DNA of 60,245 nt from an uncultured Nitrospina sp. (GCA_913045445.1 CAJWQP010000006.1:1-60245), one strand, 5' to 3'; positions 1 through 10,113 are shown, counted from the stretch's first letter. The notes: a model not told the origin generated them from the letters alone. Program-made: numbers and translations.

Positions 1-19
1 CTTTTTTCTTGGTTGCCAT
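1..19 (-). CDS. 5' end of a gene running off the left edge (MATKKK...)
   Basis: Minus strand reads AGGAG-atcttg-ATG GCA ACC AAG AAA AAA: a good SD and start codon; the rest lies outside the window. Confidence 0.55.
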
Positions 20-330
20 CAAGATCTCCTTTTAACAATATCGGGATTTCGTTTCAGCGCCCCAACATTGTTCAAATATTTTATTCCATACGTGTTTAAA
101 GTCAAGGAAATATTGGTCAAAATGCAATGTGGAACTCGCAGGCCGTCTTTGATGTTTCTGTGACGTATAGGTTTTATTCATATGTGGTTGCGCAAACCCT
201 TGCCAGAAGCACTTCATCGGGGTATGCTGGTTTGTGTTATGAATTTTAAGTTAGTTTTTTTTGGAGAAAAAAATGAATAATTTTTTTGTATAAATTCATA
301 TTTTAGAAATAATTTTAATGGCCCAAGGTT

Positions 331-1107
331 ATGATTGCATCATTTTTTGTTAAGTCGCTCCAAAACCAGCCTTCACTGGTTCATGGGACAAGTCCGAGAT
401 TTTACGAAATTGAGAAAGGGGAAAGGGAGTCTTTCTGTCCACCAGAAAATGATAACAGTGGATTATTTCGCGAACATCAAAAACTATTTTTACAGTCATT
501 AGGGATCGAAAAAGAAAATTTGTTTCGTGTTAAGCAGGTTCATGGCAATCGCGTTTATGTTTTGAAGGACTCCAAAGTTTTTGCTGATGAAGTGAGTCAT
601 CAGGAAGCAGATGCCATTGTGACTCACCTTCCGGATTGTCCGGTAATGATTTTAACTGCGGACTGCGTTCCTATCATTATTTATGATCCTGTAAAACACG
701 TGGTCGGCGTGGTCCATGCCGGGCGTGTGGGCACTCTAAAACGTATATTTTCCAATGCGATAGAGACTTTTTCGCGGGAGTATGGTTCCCGTCCTAGCGA
801 TATGGTGGTGAGCATGGGGCCTGCCATAGGGGGGTGTTGTTATGAGGTGGATGAACAGTGCGCCCTGCCTTTTATAGAGCGAAGCTCTGTTAACTCCAGG
901 TTTGTCAGGAAGGCGCGAGCTGGAAAGTTCTTTATCGATTTGCCTGAGGCTAATCGTCTGGAAGGGAGTGAGGCGGGAATATTAAAGGAAAATATCTACA
1001 CCGATGGACCATGCACCTCTTGCGAAAATCATCGATGGTATTCCTATCGTAAAGAAGGAAAGACGGGCAGGTTGATGACGCTGGCCATGCTCCGACAGAG
1101 AAAGTAG
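331..1107 (+). CDS. pgeF: YfiH/PgeF family purine nucleoside phosphorylase (laccase-domain protein)
   Basis: Motifs QVHG, ADAIVT, TADCVPII, HAGR.G, GPAIG.CCYEV, CT.C...YSYR. Confidence 0.92.
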   Translation: MIASFFVKSLQNQPSLVHGTSPRFYEIEKGERESFCPPENDNSGLFREHQKLFLQSLGIEKENLFRVKQVHGNRVYVLKDSKVFADEVSHQEADAIVTHLPDCPVMILTADCVPIIIYDPVKHVVGVVHAGRVGTLKRIFSNAIETFSREYGSRPSDMVVSMGPAIGGCCYEVDEQCALPFIERSSVNSRFVRKARAGKFFIDLPEANRLEGSEAGILKENIYTDGPCTSCENHRWYSYRKEGKTGRLMTLAMLRQRK

Positions 1108-1214
1108 ATTCTCATTATCAGCGCAGGTTTCGTGCTTGCCCTTGGTTGAAAGCTCCTATATCCTTCCCGATATCATTATTTCCTCGGCAAAAACTATTTT
1201 AAGGCAAACCAAGT

Positions 1215-3011
1215 ATGAAAAATGTAACCGATTCTTCAAGTGAACTACCTGATGGTGTGTTGCCGTTTCCGGTCGAATGGATTCGTGAGCATCCAGATAA
1301 GGTGGAAGATGTTTTGTCAAAACTATCCGTTGAGGACCAGATTCGGTATGCAATGAGGTTGCGTGGACCGCAAATGCAGGATTTTATCAATCTTTCGCCT
1401 CGGGCCGAGAATCTGATCAGGGGATTGCCGCCCGAAGAGTTGTACCAAATGATCAAGGAAACGGGATTGGAGGAATCGCTTCCCGTGCTTGCGGTGATGT
1501 CTCAAAACCAGTTGCAATATAGTTTTGACCTCGAATGGTGGCAAAGGGATCGTTTTGTTCCCGAGCGTGCACTGGAATGGCTGGGGCTTTTGGACAAATG
1601 TGATGATTCTCGCATTATCGAATGGTTTCAGATGGAGGATTTTGATCAAAAGGTGGTTTTGTTTCAATCGCTCATGAAGGTGTGTAAGGATGATGAAATG
1701 ACCGATTCCTATGCAGGTGTGGAGGGTATGCCTCACCTGAGTCTGGATGGTGTTTACGATATTTATTTTAAAACTGAAGAGCATGCGGCTATAAAAAGAT
1801 TAATCGCTCTTTTGCGATCGGAAGACCAGGGTCTTTGTGAATCTCTTCTTGAGGCGGTCATCTGGTATCCGGTGACACAGACGGTTGAGAAGGCCTATCG
1901 CTGGCGTCTCACTCGAACCGCTGAGCGAGGAATACCCGACTTTGAAGAGGCTGTGGGAGTTTATAGTCGCCTGAGTCCAGAAGCATTAAAGATGTCCGTC
2001 CCCGAGCTGGAAGATTTCTCCTATCCGCAGGAATTTAATATCGCCCCGACTTATCCGCTTTCTTTGACCGGATCGGTCCCGTTTTTTAAAGACGTTATTT
2101 TGCTATTGGATAATCCTGAACGTATCAACACCATTTGTTGGGAACTTGTCTATCTGGCAAATAAAATTATGGTGGCCGATCAGATGGATCCTTCAAATCT
2201 GGAAATGAGGGAAGAATCCTTAAAGAAAGTATTGGGCTATGTGAATATAGGGTTGGAGCTGGGCGCTTCCAGTGATCCTGGAAAGGGAGGCAAACTGCTT
2301 GACCGTACACAGGTTCAGGCTTTATTTCAGGTTGGGTATCAACAGTTGATGAGTTTGAAGTGGAAGGCAGGAAGTTTTCTCAAGGAAAACGGGAGTTTTC
2401 TTCAATGGATATTTACTGAATTTCATAAGGATCAACTGGCCGCTCTGGTGGATCGTTTTCCAAAGATAGCCGAGGTGGATGGTGATAAAGAATCGTTAAA
2501 CTGGAGGCATTTTGCATCTGTTGAAGAGGTGCGAAAAGCCGAATCACTTCTTGGGCGATGGATGTTTTACCTCAGGTTTGCGCGCAAGGGTCTTAACCTG
2601 AATAATGAACTTATTAAGCAGTACATGGAAGCATGTGAAGTTCCGGAAAAGGACGAAGAGGTGGATTTGGTCGTGTGGACAATGATGGCGTTCGCGCGTT
2701 TTGTCCTTTTTAAGAAAATTTCTTGTGAGCCGTTACCTGATTTGGCCGCGAGAAGTTTTCTTAAAATCGTGTTCTTGCCGGGGATTTACCAGGACGAGGT
2801 CAGGCAACGTGACGATGCTCTGGTGGAGTCTTTTCATCAGGAACTCCTGAAGCTTCCTTTGGCCTGGGTCGAGTCGGATAGAAAATTCCTGTCTGAACTA
2901 TTGAATGAGTGTGTCTTACGGCTCCAGGGACAATTCGGTCGCCTCAATCCCAAAGCTGGGATTGACTGGCGGTTCACCCATGGCCTGTGTATTGCCAGGG
3001 AGAATGTTTGA
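1215..3011 (+). CDS. Conserved hypothetical protein, DUF6178-like
   Basis: 598-aa ORF; DLEWW.RD, E.AYRWR..R....G.PD and LFQVG segments resemble DUF6178 proteins as I recall them. Confidence 0.65.
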   Translation: MKNVTDSSSELPDGVLPFPVEWIREHPDKVEDVLSKLSVEDQIRYAMRLRGPQMQDFINLSPRAENLIRGLPPEELYQMIKETGLEESLPVLAVMSQNQLQYSFDLEWWQRDRFVPERALEWLGLLDKCDDSRIIEWFQMEDFDQKVVLFQSLMKVCKDDEMTDSYAGVEGMPHLSLDGVYDIYFKTEEHAAIKRLIALLRSEDQGLCESLLEAVIWYPVTQTVEKAYRWRLTRTAERGIPDFEEAVGVYSRLSPEALKMSVPELEDFSYPQEFNIAPTYPLSLTGSVPFFKDVILLLDNPERINTICWELVYLANKIMVADQMDPSNLEMREESLKKVLGYVNIGLELGASSDPGKGGKLLDRTQVQALFQVGYQQLMSLKWKAGSFLKENGSFLQWIFTEFHKDQLAALVDRFPKIAEVDGDKESLNWRHFASVEEVRKAESLLGRWMFYLRFARKGLNLNNELIKQYMEACEVPEKDEEVDLVVWTMMAFARFVLFKKISCEPLPDLAARSFLKIVFLPGIYQDEVRQRDDALVESFHQELLKLPLAWVESDRKFLSELLNECVLRLQGQFGRLNPKAGIDWRFTHGLCIARENV

Positions 3012-3148
3012 TAGACGAGGCGCTGTTCAGGTAGAGTTTTGCCCCGATGTTGAATTTTTATTTTACAAAACCGGAAAAAGGTGCAATAGTTCGCTCTTCA
3101 ATCCTGTGTTTTATGCACGTTTCTCATATTTCAGAGGGCAGTTGTACA

Positions 3149-3310
3149 ATGGAAGAAAATCAAGATAACCAAAAGGCTCACGAGACACCAAGTAAGGAAG
3201 ACCCGGGGTTGTTTGAGTCGATAGGTTCTTTTCCTGTGTGGATGCTCAAGATAATCGATATCGTCACCCCTGATTTTCTGATTAAGAAAGTCCCGCCCCC
3301 AAAAAAATAA
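3149..3310 (+). CDS. Possible 53-aa small protein (MEENQDNQ...KKVPPPKK)
   Basis: ATG at 3149 preceded by GAGGG; fills the gap before purH; C-terminal half looks amphipathic. Confidence 0.4.
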   Translation: MEENQDNQKAHETPSKEDPGLFESIGSFPVWMLKIIDIVTPDFLIKKVPPPKK

Positions 3311-3328
3311 ACTATAAATTTTCAATTG

Positions 3329-4885
3329 ATGGCATCTGTAAAGAGAGCATTGATCAGTGTTTCGGATAAAACTGGTGTGGTGGAGTTTGCGCAAAAACTC
3401 CATGCGCTTGGCGTAGAAATCCTGTCTACAGGTGGAACCGCCAACCTGTTAACTCAGAATGGAGTTTCCGTAACTCAGGTTTCCGACTATACCGGGTTTC
3501 CGGAAATGATGGATGGTCGTATTAAAACCCTGCACCCAAAAGTACATGGTGGCATTTTAGGAAGGCGTGATACCGAGAGCCACATGCAGTCCATGAATGA
3601 GCATGGTATTCAACCCATCGATCTGGTGGCGATTAATCTGTATCCGTTCGAAAAAACCATTGCCGGTGAAAATTGTGTGTTAGCCGATGCTATCGAAAAT
3701 ATAGATATTGGCGGACCAGCCATGATCCGTTCGGCGGCAAAAAACTTCAATGATGTTTCTGTGGTGGTGAATTCGAGAGACTATCCTGTCGTTTTGAAGG
3801 AAATGGAGGAAAATGGCGGTTCTGTTAGCAAAAAAACCTGCATGCGCTTGAGCCGCGACGCGTACGCGCACACGGCTCGATACGATTCGTTGATAGCCAG
3901 GTATTTATCGAGTCAGTTGGAAGATGGGGAAGAATTCCTCCCTTTATTTCAGCTACCCTTTGAAAAAATTCAGGTATTGCGTTATGGGGAGAATCCTCAT
4001 CAGTCTGCCGCTTTTTATCGTGATCCTGACGCGGGACCGCAGGATGTTGTATCAACCATTCAAATTCAAGGGAAAGAGCTTTCCTTTAATAATATTATCG
4101 ATCTGGAGGCGGCCTGGCAGTTGGCGACAGACTTCGAAGCGGGTTCGGCGGTTGTTATCAAGCACACCAATCCAAGTGGTGTCGCCGTGGGCAACAATCA
4201 GTTGGAAACGTTTATCAAGGCACGCGAGACAGATCCAGTTTCTGCGTTTGGAGGGATCATAGGGTTCAATCGTAAGGTGAGCGCGGATACAGCGGAAGAA
4301 ATTTTGAAAAATTTCGTAGAAGCGGTGATAGCTCCCGATTATGAAGATGAAGCGTTGAAGTTGTTCGCTGGAAAAAAGAATATTCGTGTTATGAAAATGC
4401 CTGTGGAATCTTCTGTTGCGGGACAACGAATTTTTGATTTGAAGCGGGTGAGTGGCGGACTTTTGGTTCAGGACAAAGATATCATTTCGCATGACCCCTC
4501 CACATTAAAGGTAGTCACCAGGAAACAGCCCGATGCTAAGCAAATGGAAGATCTCTTGTTTGCCTGGGTGGTGGCAAAACACGTCAAGTCTAACGCAATT
4601 GTTTATGCTCGCAATGGGGAGGCGCTGGGTATTGGCGCGGGGCAGATGAGCCGGGTCGATTCGGCTCGGCTGGCAATCGAAAAAGCACGTCAGCCTTTGG
4701 AAGGATGTGTCATGGCTTCCGATGCATTTTTCCCGTTTCGTGATTCAGTAGATGCGGCGGCCAAAAGCGGAGTTTCGGCAATCATCCAGCCGGGTGGTTC
4801 AATAAGGGATGAAGAAGTAATTCAGGCCGCTGATGAAAACGGTATTTCAATGGTTTTCACTTCAATCAGACACTTCAAACACTAA
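3329..4885 (+). CDS. purH: Bifunctional AICAR transformylase/IMP cyclohydrolase
   Basis: [53 protein letters not shown]. Confidence 0.98.
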   Translation: MASVKRALISVSDKTGVVEFAQKLHALGVEILSTGGTANLLTQNGVSVTQVSDYTGFPEMMDGRIKTLHPKVHGGILGRRDTESHMQSMNEHGIQPIDLVAINLYPFEKTIAGENCVLADAIENIDIGGPAMIRSAAKNFNDVSVVVNSRDYPVVLKEMEENGGSVSKKTCMRLSRDAYAHTARYDSLIARYLSSQLEDGEEFLPLFQLPFEKIQVLRYGENPHQSAAFYRDPDAGPQDVVSTIQIQGKELSFNNIIDLEAAWQLATDFEAGSAVVIKHTNPSGVAVGNNQLETFIKARETDPVSAFGGIIGFNRKVSADTAEEILKNFVEAVIAPDYEDEALKLFAGKKNIRVMKMPVESSVAGQRIFDLKRVSGGLLVQDKDIISHDPSTLKVVTRKQPDAKQMEDLLFAWVVAKHVKSNAIVYARNGEALGIGAGQMSRVDSARLAIEKARQPLEGCVMASDAFFPFRDSVDAAAKSGVSAIIQPGGSIRDEEVIQAADENGISMVFTSIRHFKH

Positions 4886-4912
4886 CACCTCTTTGATATT
4901 TTTGGTCGATAG

Positions 4913-5158
4913 TTTCAGATATTTGTTGCCATTTTAATCCGACCTAAAAAAGCATCTTGGTCGATTCCTGAATATTGCCTGAGTCTGGTCCCTGCCACCC
5001 ATGACAACGAAATTGTTCTGGGCGCTGTGCGGCGTTTGAAGGGGGAGTTGAATTACTATTACTACCTAAGGATGTTTGAGGAGATTGGGGTTCCCAAGGA
5101 AGACCTTGAGTTCAATCAGCAGTTGAAGGGATTGTCCATGTGTTTTACGGATTCCTGA
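4913..5158 (+). pseudogene. Possible start-less gene remnant (81 open codons)
   Basis: Open frame from TAG at 4910-4912 to TGA at 5156-5158 reads ...LVPATHDNEIVLGAVRRLKGELNYYYYLRMFEEIGVPKEDLEFNQQLKG...; protein-like but no early start or SD. Confidence 0.3.
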
Positions 5159-5209
5159 TTTACTCTTCGCTAATTTCCGCTGGCTGGATTTATTAATTAC
5201 AATTTCCCG

Positions 5210-5686
5210 TTATTGTTTCATTTTTACAGAGGATTCTTCAAGCTTTACAGTCAGCGCTGTAATGGCTGTAGCGAGTTGTTTGATCTCATTGTTGGATTTG
5301 AATTCCGGGAGTGGTTCTGTCTGCCCTTCTTTATCCGCAAAATTGACCAGCTTGTTCAACGGACGGATGACCATATTGATCGTATAAATACCGCCAATAA
5401 TGGAAACGATCGAACCCAAGATGGCCAGTCCTAACATTTCACTTTGCCACTGTTCCACACTGCGAGTGACCCTGCCTTTTAGCAGGTTGACTTGTTCCGT
5501 CGTCATAGACTCTACGTTTATGGTATCAACGATGCGGCTAACTTGACCGAGTTGGATGTGCAGAAAAAATGCCATATAACCCAGACAGGATATGGTGACT
5601 ATGTGCCCCGTCATGAGCAGGTTGACAATACTTTTTTTTTCTCCGGGGAGTTCTTCTCTGAAAATAGAATTTTTTTTCTTACTCAT
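5210..5686 (-). CDS. Two-TM membrane protein with a C-terminal HAMP domain and no output domain
   Basis: Two hydrophobic segments followed by IRPLNKLV...NNEIKQLATAITAL (HAMP pattern); start overlaps the M48 gene stop. Confidence 0.7.
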   Translation of the reverse strand: MSKKKNSIFREELPGEKKSIVNLLMTGHIVTISCLGYMAFFLHIQLGQVSRIVDTINVESMTTEQVNLLKGRVTRSVEQWQSEMLGLAILGSIVSIIGGIYTINMVIRPLNKLVNFADKEGQTEPLPEFKSNNEIKQLATAITALTVKLEESSVKMKQ

Positions 5687-6716
5687 AGTTTACCTTTAAT
5701 GTAATGGCTGTTTTATATCTTTTCACGAGTACAGGGTAGAGGACTGCTGACTTGTAGCGGTTCATTTGTTTCGCAAGTATTTTATACCGTTCTATCGGGC
5801 TTGGATGTGTGGTCAGGAACAGTGACCCGCTATGGGAAGCAGTATTTTTGGCGAGGATTCGGATGAAGTCTCTGAGTCCACCAGGGAAATAACCCATGCG
5901 ATAAGCGAACTCGGTTCCGTATTTATCGGCCTCAAATTCAAGATTTTTATCCAGGCCTCGGGTGAATAAAACTTCTGATACTTCGTCAATAATTTTGTCA
6001 AATAAGCCGGGGTCTTTATCCATAACGGTCATGGTGAGCGAACTCAGGCCTTTCATAGTCTGGCTACTCTCCAATGTTTGCAAGGCGTGCTTATTGCTTA
6101 TGTGTGCTATTTCGTGACCCAGAACTCCTGCCAGTTGTGCCTCATTTTGAATGAGGCTCAGGAGTCCGATGCTTACAAAAACGTAACCCCCCGGCGCCGC
6201 GAACGCGTTAGGTGTGTCCGTGTTGAGAATGCCAAAATGGTATTCTATGTCAGGCCTGTTTGAAACATCGGCCAGCCCTCGCCCGACCAGGGTGAGGTAA
6301 CGTTGTAAATGTTCATTTTGATATGGCCCGCCAAATCGATTGAAAGCTTCTACCGCCAAGGCTCCGCCTATGGTTTTTTCTTCCTTAGGTCCTATGGGTT
6401 GCAGGGCTTTGAGGGTGTTGACGCTTTGTTTAAGAATTTTGGAGGTCTTTTTGTCGAACAGGCCGAGTGAATCACCGAGTCCGATCAAACCCCCTCCGCC
6501 TTGTTCGTTAGCAGGTTGTGTCGGCTCCCGCTGTGCGGGTTCCTGTTGTGCGGGTTCAGGAGTCGGTTCTGGTTGTTTTTTTTCTGGTGGGCGGGTTGAG
6601 CGTTCCAGGTCCTTTACGAAGTCGCCCAAGTCAAAAGAGTATGACGTTTGACTCCAGCCAAAACTCAGTACCGAAAGTAAAATGAGCACCGCAGTTGCTT
6701 TAAGTTTTTTGTTCAT
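5679..6716 (-). CDS. Exported M48 family zinc metalloprotease
   Basis: Signal peptide, P/Q-rich linker, PNAFAAPGG, HEIAH zinc motif, EFEAD, THP. Confidence 0.9.
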   Translation of the reverse strand: MNKKLKATAVLILLSVLSFGWSQTSYSFDLGDFVKDLERSTRPPEKKQPEPTPEPAQQEPAQREPTQPANEQGGGGLIGLGDSLGLFDKKTSKILKQSVNTLKALQPIGPKEEKTIGGALAVEAFNRFGGPYQNEHLQRYLTLVGRGLADVSNRPDIEYHFGILNTDTPNAFAAPGGYVFVSIGLLSLIQNEAQLAGVLGHEIAHISNKHALQTLESSQTMKGLSSLTMTVMDKDPGLFDKIIDEVSEVLFTRGLDKNLEFEADKYGTEFAYRMGYFPGGLRDFIRILAKNTASHSGSLFLTTHPSPIERYKILAKQMNRYKSAVLYPVLVKRYKTAITLKVNYE

Positions 6717-6774
6717 TTGGATGTTCTCTGTCCGTCACTAAAAACCTTGACGGTGAATAAATTTATCATCCCGG

Positions 6775-7320
6775 TTATTGACCGTATTCTCCCAAGGCAC
6801 CTTCTTCAAGGAAACGGTCCAGTTCCTGATCGCTGACTTTGATTTTTTCCATTTGTTTCACACCGTCAATACTTTCTCTTGAGGTGCCTTTTTTACGAGC
6901 GTGTTTTTCGGCAGTGGGGCTCAGGCCTCTTATGCTGGACCCTGAGGCAGACTCCTTTGCGGCCATCCTTTGTTCTCCTCCCAGAGTATCAAGAAAATCT
7001 TCATCTTGAGATGATCCAGCAGGAGCCTTGGCAGTCAGCCGAAACTTGAATATCCAACCGGTCTTTCCGCCGGCAGAGACTTTAAAAAATTTCCTGGTTT
7101 TTTTTAATACTTTCACCGGGGTGCCTTTGCCCAGTATCTTGACCGTTCTGGATCGGGCAGATTGTTTCTCGGTCATTTTCGTTTTTGCCTTTTTCACATA
7201 CATCGTGGCTCCCCGGGCTGAGGCAGGGGACAGAAAATGACCAGCAACAAACAGGCAGACGAAAACCGAAATCAAAACGGCGGGAACGCTGAATGTGTTT
7301 GTTCTGTTATGAGAGGTCAT
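6775..7320 (-). CDS. Exported bacterial SH3-domain protein
   Basis: Signal peptide; LGKGTPVKVL...KVSAGGKTGWI (SH3b); C-terminal IRGL...LDRFLEEGAL tail typical of SH3 proteins paired with M48 proteases. Confidence 0.75.
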   Translation of the reverse strand: MTSHNRTNTFSVPAVLISVFVCLFVAGHFLSPASARGATMYVKKAKTKMTEKQSARSRTVKILGKGTPVKVLKKTRKFFKVSAGGKTGWIFKFRLTAKAPAGSSQDEDFLDTLGGEQRMAAKESASGSSIRGLSPTAEKHARKKGTSRESIDGVKQMEKIKVSDQELDRFLEEGALGEYGQ

Positions 7321-7326
7321 GTCTAA

Positions 7327-7355
7327 AAGCTACCTTGTATAGTCAGACAGGTCAA
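7327..7355 (-). promoter_or_regulatory. Putative sigma70 promoter giving a leaderless mRNA for the SH3 gene
   Basis: TTGACC-N17-TAGCTT, then 6 nt to the ATG at 7320. Confidence 0.5.
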
Positions 7356-7503
7356 CCTCATTTTTAAATCGAGTATTGCGTAACCATAGATTCTTCGTCA
7401 CCTGTGCCGCACTAAGCGGTAAAGCATCCCACCTTTAAGATTTTTGACTGACGCAAAGGCCTCATTTTTTCAGGGATTGCAAAGACTGCGTGGGGCGAGG
7501 AAT

Positions 7504-8427
7504 TCAGCGGGGGAAAGTCGGGTGGTCTGTTTCATGAGCTAAAGCCCGGCGCAGGCGCGACCAGTTGAACGCCGAACCCGGATCATATTTGCTGGAGACG
7601 CCTTCGATTCCGCCCTTTTGAACATGGGCATGACCGAGAATCCCTTCAAAGGTTGAATAGTTTCTAATTCGGTTAAGTGGTGTGCGTTTCTTTTTGTTAT
7701 CGTAAGGGACTCGCAGACGAATTTTAGGCAACAGTTGGTTGAGGCCTATGCTAAGACGAATCAGCGCATTATATTGTTCATCGGTAAAGTCCCACATACG
7801 GACCATTTTACCGTTGATTCGTCGACTGAAGTAACCTCGTTGTCCATACCCCCTGGCGGCATAAGTTTTGAAGCCCGGAGTCCGCAAGTTTTTTTTCCAG
7901 CGGTCCGGGAGCAGTAGTTCCCAACGATCTTTTTTCAGCCGGTATTGGTCTGACGTGACCTTATGCCATTCTGATTCTGATTGCAGGGCTTCCCACGACA
8001 AGTTTGACATTTCCACATGGATCGCCCGTTCGTTTCCTTTCCGGTCATCGGCGGGTGCGGTGTTGGTTTTCCAGTACAGGTCACATGTTTGATAGAGGGT
8101 GCCGTCGAGGTCCAGATAAAAATGGCTTCCTTTGAAGGTACTCTCAGTCATGATCTGGTGGCAATGCTGTGAAGAGTAGCAGACATCGTAATGGATGATG
8201 AGTTGGTAGACACTGTTTTTCAATTCATCATAGGCTTTATCGGGGTCGGTAATGGAGTATTCGGTCGCAGGTTCCAGAGGTTTGTTGTTGAGTTTAGAGT
8301 TGTGCTGGGTGCAGGCCGAGCGGCCTCTTCGATTTGGACAGGCTAAACCGCCTGCGGCATTCCAGAGAACCACAGGGGTACCAATCTCAACTGTTTTTTC
8401 GCAGGCAACAATTTTCTGATTCATCAA
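7504..8427 (-). CDS. N-acetylmuramoyl-L-alanine amidase (Amidase_2-like)
   Basis: IIHYD, SHFYLDLDGTLYQ, N..AIHVE, FTDEQY.AL, ILGH, KYDPG..FNW zinc-amidase motifs. Confidence 0.8.
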   Translation of the reverse strand: MMNQKIVACEKTVEIGTPVVLWNAAGGLACPNRRGRSACTQHNSKLNNKPLEPATEYSITDPDKAYDELKNSVYQLIIHYDVCYSSQHCHQIMTESTFKGSHFYLDLDGTLYQTCDLYWKTNTAPADDRKGNERAIHVEMSNLSWEALQSESEWHKVTSDQYRLKKDRWELLLPDRWKKNLRTPGFKTYAARGYGQRGYFSRRINGKMVRMWDFTDEQYNALIRLSIGLNQLLPKIRLRVPYDNKKKRTPLNRIRNYSTFEGILGHAHVQKGGIEGVSSKYDPGSAFNWSRLRRALAHETDHPTFPR

Positions 8428-8490
8428 GGCGTACGCTCTATTTCCAATCCGTCACTTTGACCAGCGATTGTTGCAAAGTATTGAGATGGA

Positions 8491-9369
8491 TTATTTTTCT
8501 GGAATATCTTTTTCATTCGGGGTACCCCAATGAAGTTTTTGCCGTAGTGTCTGGTAATAGTTTTTATTGGGTCCTGGTATCAGTTTAAGGGTGGTTTTTG
8601 TTTTTTGAATTTCAAGGATATCTTCTGAATTCATATCATAACCTTCCTGCCCATCCAGAGTAATTCTCACATCTTCGTATTCTCCTGCCAGCTTAACTTG
8701 AATGATGGACTGGTCGGGTATCAGTATGGAACGATTTGTTAATGTGAATGGACAAATAGGACTCAACACCAGTGTGTGCATGCTGGGGTGGATGATGGGT
8801 CCGCCAGCGGACAATGAATATGCGGTGGAACCTGTTGGGGTGGCTATGATAAGACCATCTGCCCGATAGGATGTCATGTATTGACCATTGACCAGCACCT
8901 GCAGGTTCAAGACGCGGGCAACAGCGCCCTTGTTTATTACGACATCGTTGAGAACGTTATGGTCTTCTACCTTTTTATCATTTCTCCAAATGCAGACGTT
9001 GAGTAGCATTCTGCATTCGACCTCAAACTTTCCTGCCAGAACATTTTCCAGCGAGGGATAAAGTTCGTCCAGTGAAACCTCTGTCAGGAATCCCAGATTA
9101 CCAAGATTTACCGCCAGGATAGGTACATTGTAGGGGTGTGCCTTTCGCGCGACTCCCAACAGGGTGCCATCGCCTCCAAGGACAATCAGCAAATCTGCCC
9201 GCCGGGCAATTTCTTCTCTGCTCTGGGAGGAGGATTCATTGACGAGCGTCGCCGTGTCACTATCCAGAAAAACCTGACAACTTCTTTCGCGGAGCCAGGG
9301 AACCAGCTTGCTAATGGTGGCGGCTCCGGCGAGGGCCTTGGGTTTGCAAAACACGCCTATTTTTTTCAC
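8491..9369 (-). CDS. nadK: NAD(+) kinase
   Basis: LGGDGT, GNLGFL, LND, DGLIIATPTGSTAYSLSAGGP. Confidence 0.97.
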   Translation of the reverse strand: MKKIGVFCKPKALAGAATISKLVPWLRERSCQVFLDSDTATLVNESSSQSREEIARRADLLIVLGGDGTLLGVARKAHPYNVPILAVNLGNLGFLTEVSLDELYPSLENVLAGKFEVECRMLLNVCIWRNDKKVEDHNVLNDVVINKGAVARVLNLQVLVNGQYMTSYRADGLIIATPTGSTAYSLSAGGPIIHPSMHTLVLSPICPFTLTNRSILIPDQSIIQVKLAGEYEDVRITLDGQEGYDMNSEDILEIQKTKTTLKLIPGPNKNYYQTLRQKLHWGTPNEKDIPEK

Positions 9370-9624
9370 GGTGTCACCTGTAGCATCAGATCAGATTTAT
9401 ACATTGACAGGGTTTCCAGATAGGTTGACTGTAGCTTTATTAATGAGATGAAACAACAGCCAGACGTGTTATTTGAAGCGATAATATCTGGGGAGGAGGA
9501 AAGCCTGTGCTCAGAGGCGTTCTTAAGGGGACCACCAGGGAATGTTTTTGGCCACGAGCGACTCTTCTGAAACAAGGGTCTGCGAGTTGCCTGAAAAAAG
9601 ATTATCGAATTCTTAGCGGCACTC

Positions 9625-10113
9625 TTAAAGTTTGCCAAAGTCTTGTGGTTTGATTTTCGTGATCCAGTCTTTCCATTGCTGTTTTTCGTCTTTCTGTATC
9701 TTGTCTGGATCGGGTAGGTCCAGGCTTTTGGCGGCTTCAATGACTTTTTCCTCGACGAAAATTGGGGCTTTGGTTCTTAAGGCCAGCGCGATTGCATCGC
9801 TGGGACGAGAATCAATTTTCATGTCACTTCCATTTTGAACGACTGAAATGACGGCAAAAAATGTATTGTCTTTGAGATCGTTTACCAGGATATGTTTAAC
9901 TTCTGCCTTCAGAGAAGAGATCATGTTCCTTAGGAGGTCGTGAGTCATGGGGCGCGGGGTGTTAATTTTCTCGATTTCCAACGCGATGGCGTTGGCCTCA
10001 AAATAACCTACCCAGATCGGCAGGGCTTTGCCACCCGACAAGTCTTTCAGAATAATAATAGGCATGTTTGTCAAGGGATCTAAAGTGAGCCCTTCAACTT
10101 CCATTTCCACCAT
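9625..10113 (-). CDS. Bifunctional nuclease family protein (DUF151/BFN)
   Basis: LPIWVG..EA.AI, PRPMTHDL, IDSRPSDAIALALR. Confidence 0.92.
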   Translation of the reverse strand: MVEMEVEGLTLDPLTNMPIIILKDLSGGKALPIWVGYFEANAIALEIEKINTPRPMTHDLLRNMISSLKAEVKHILVNDLKDNTFFAVISVVQNGSDMKIDSRPSDAIALALRTKAPIFVEEKVIEAAKSLDLPDPDKIQKDEKQQWKDWITKIKPQDFGKL

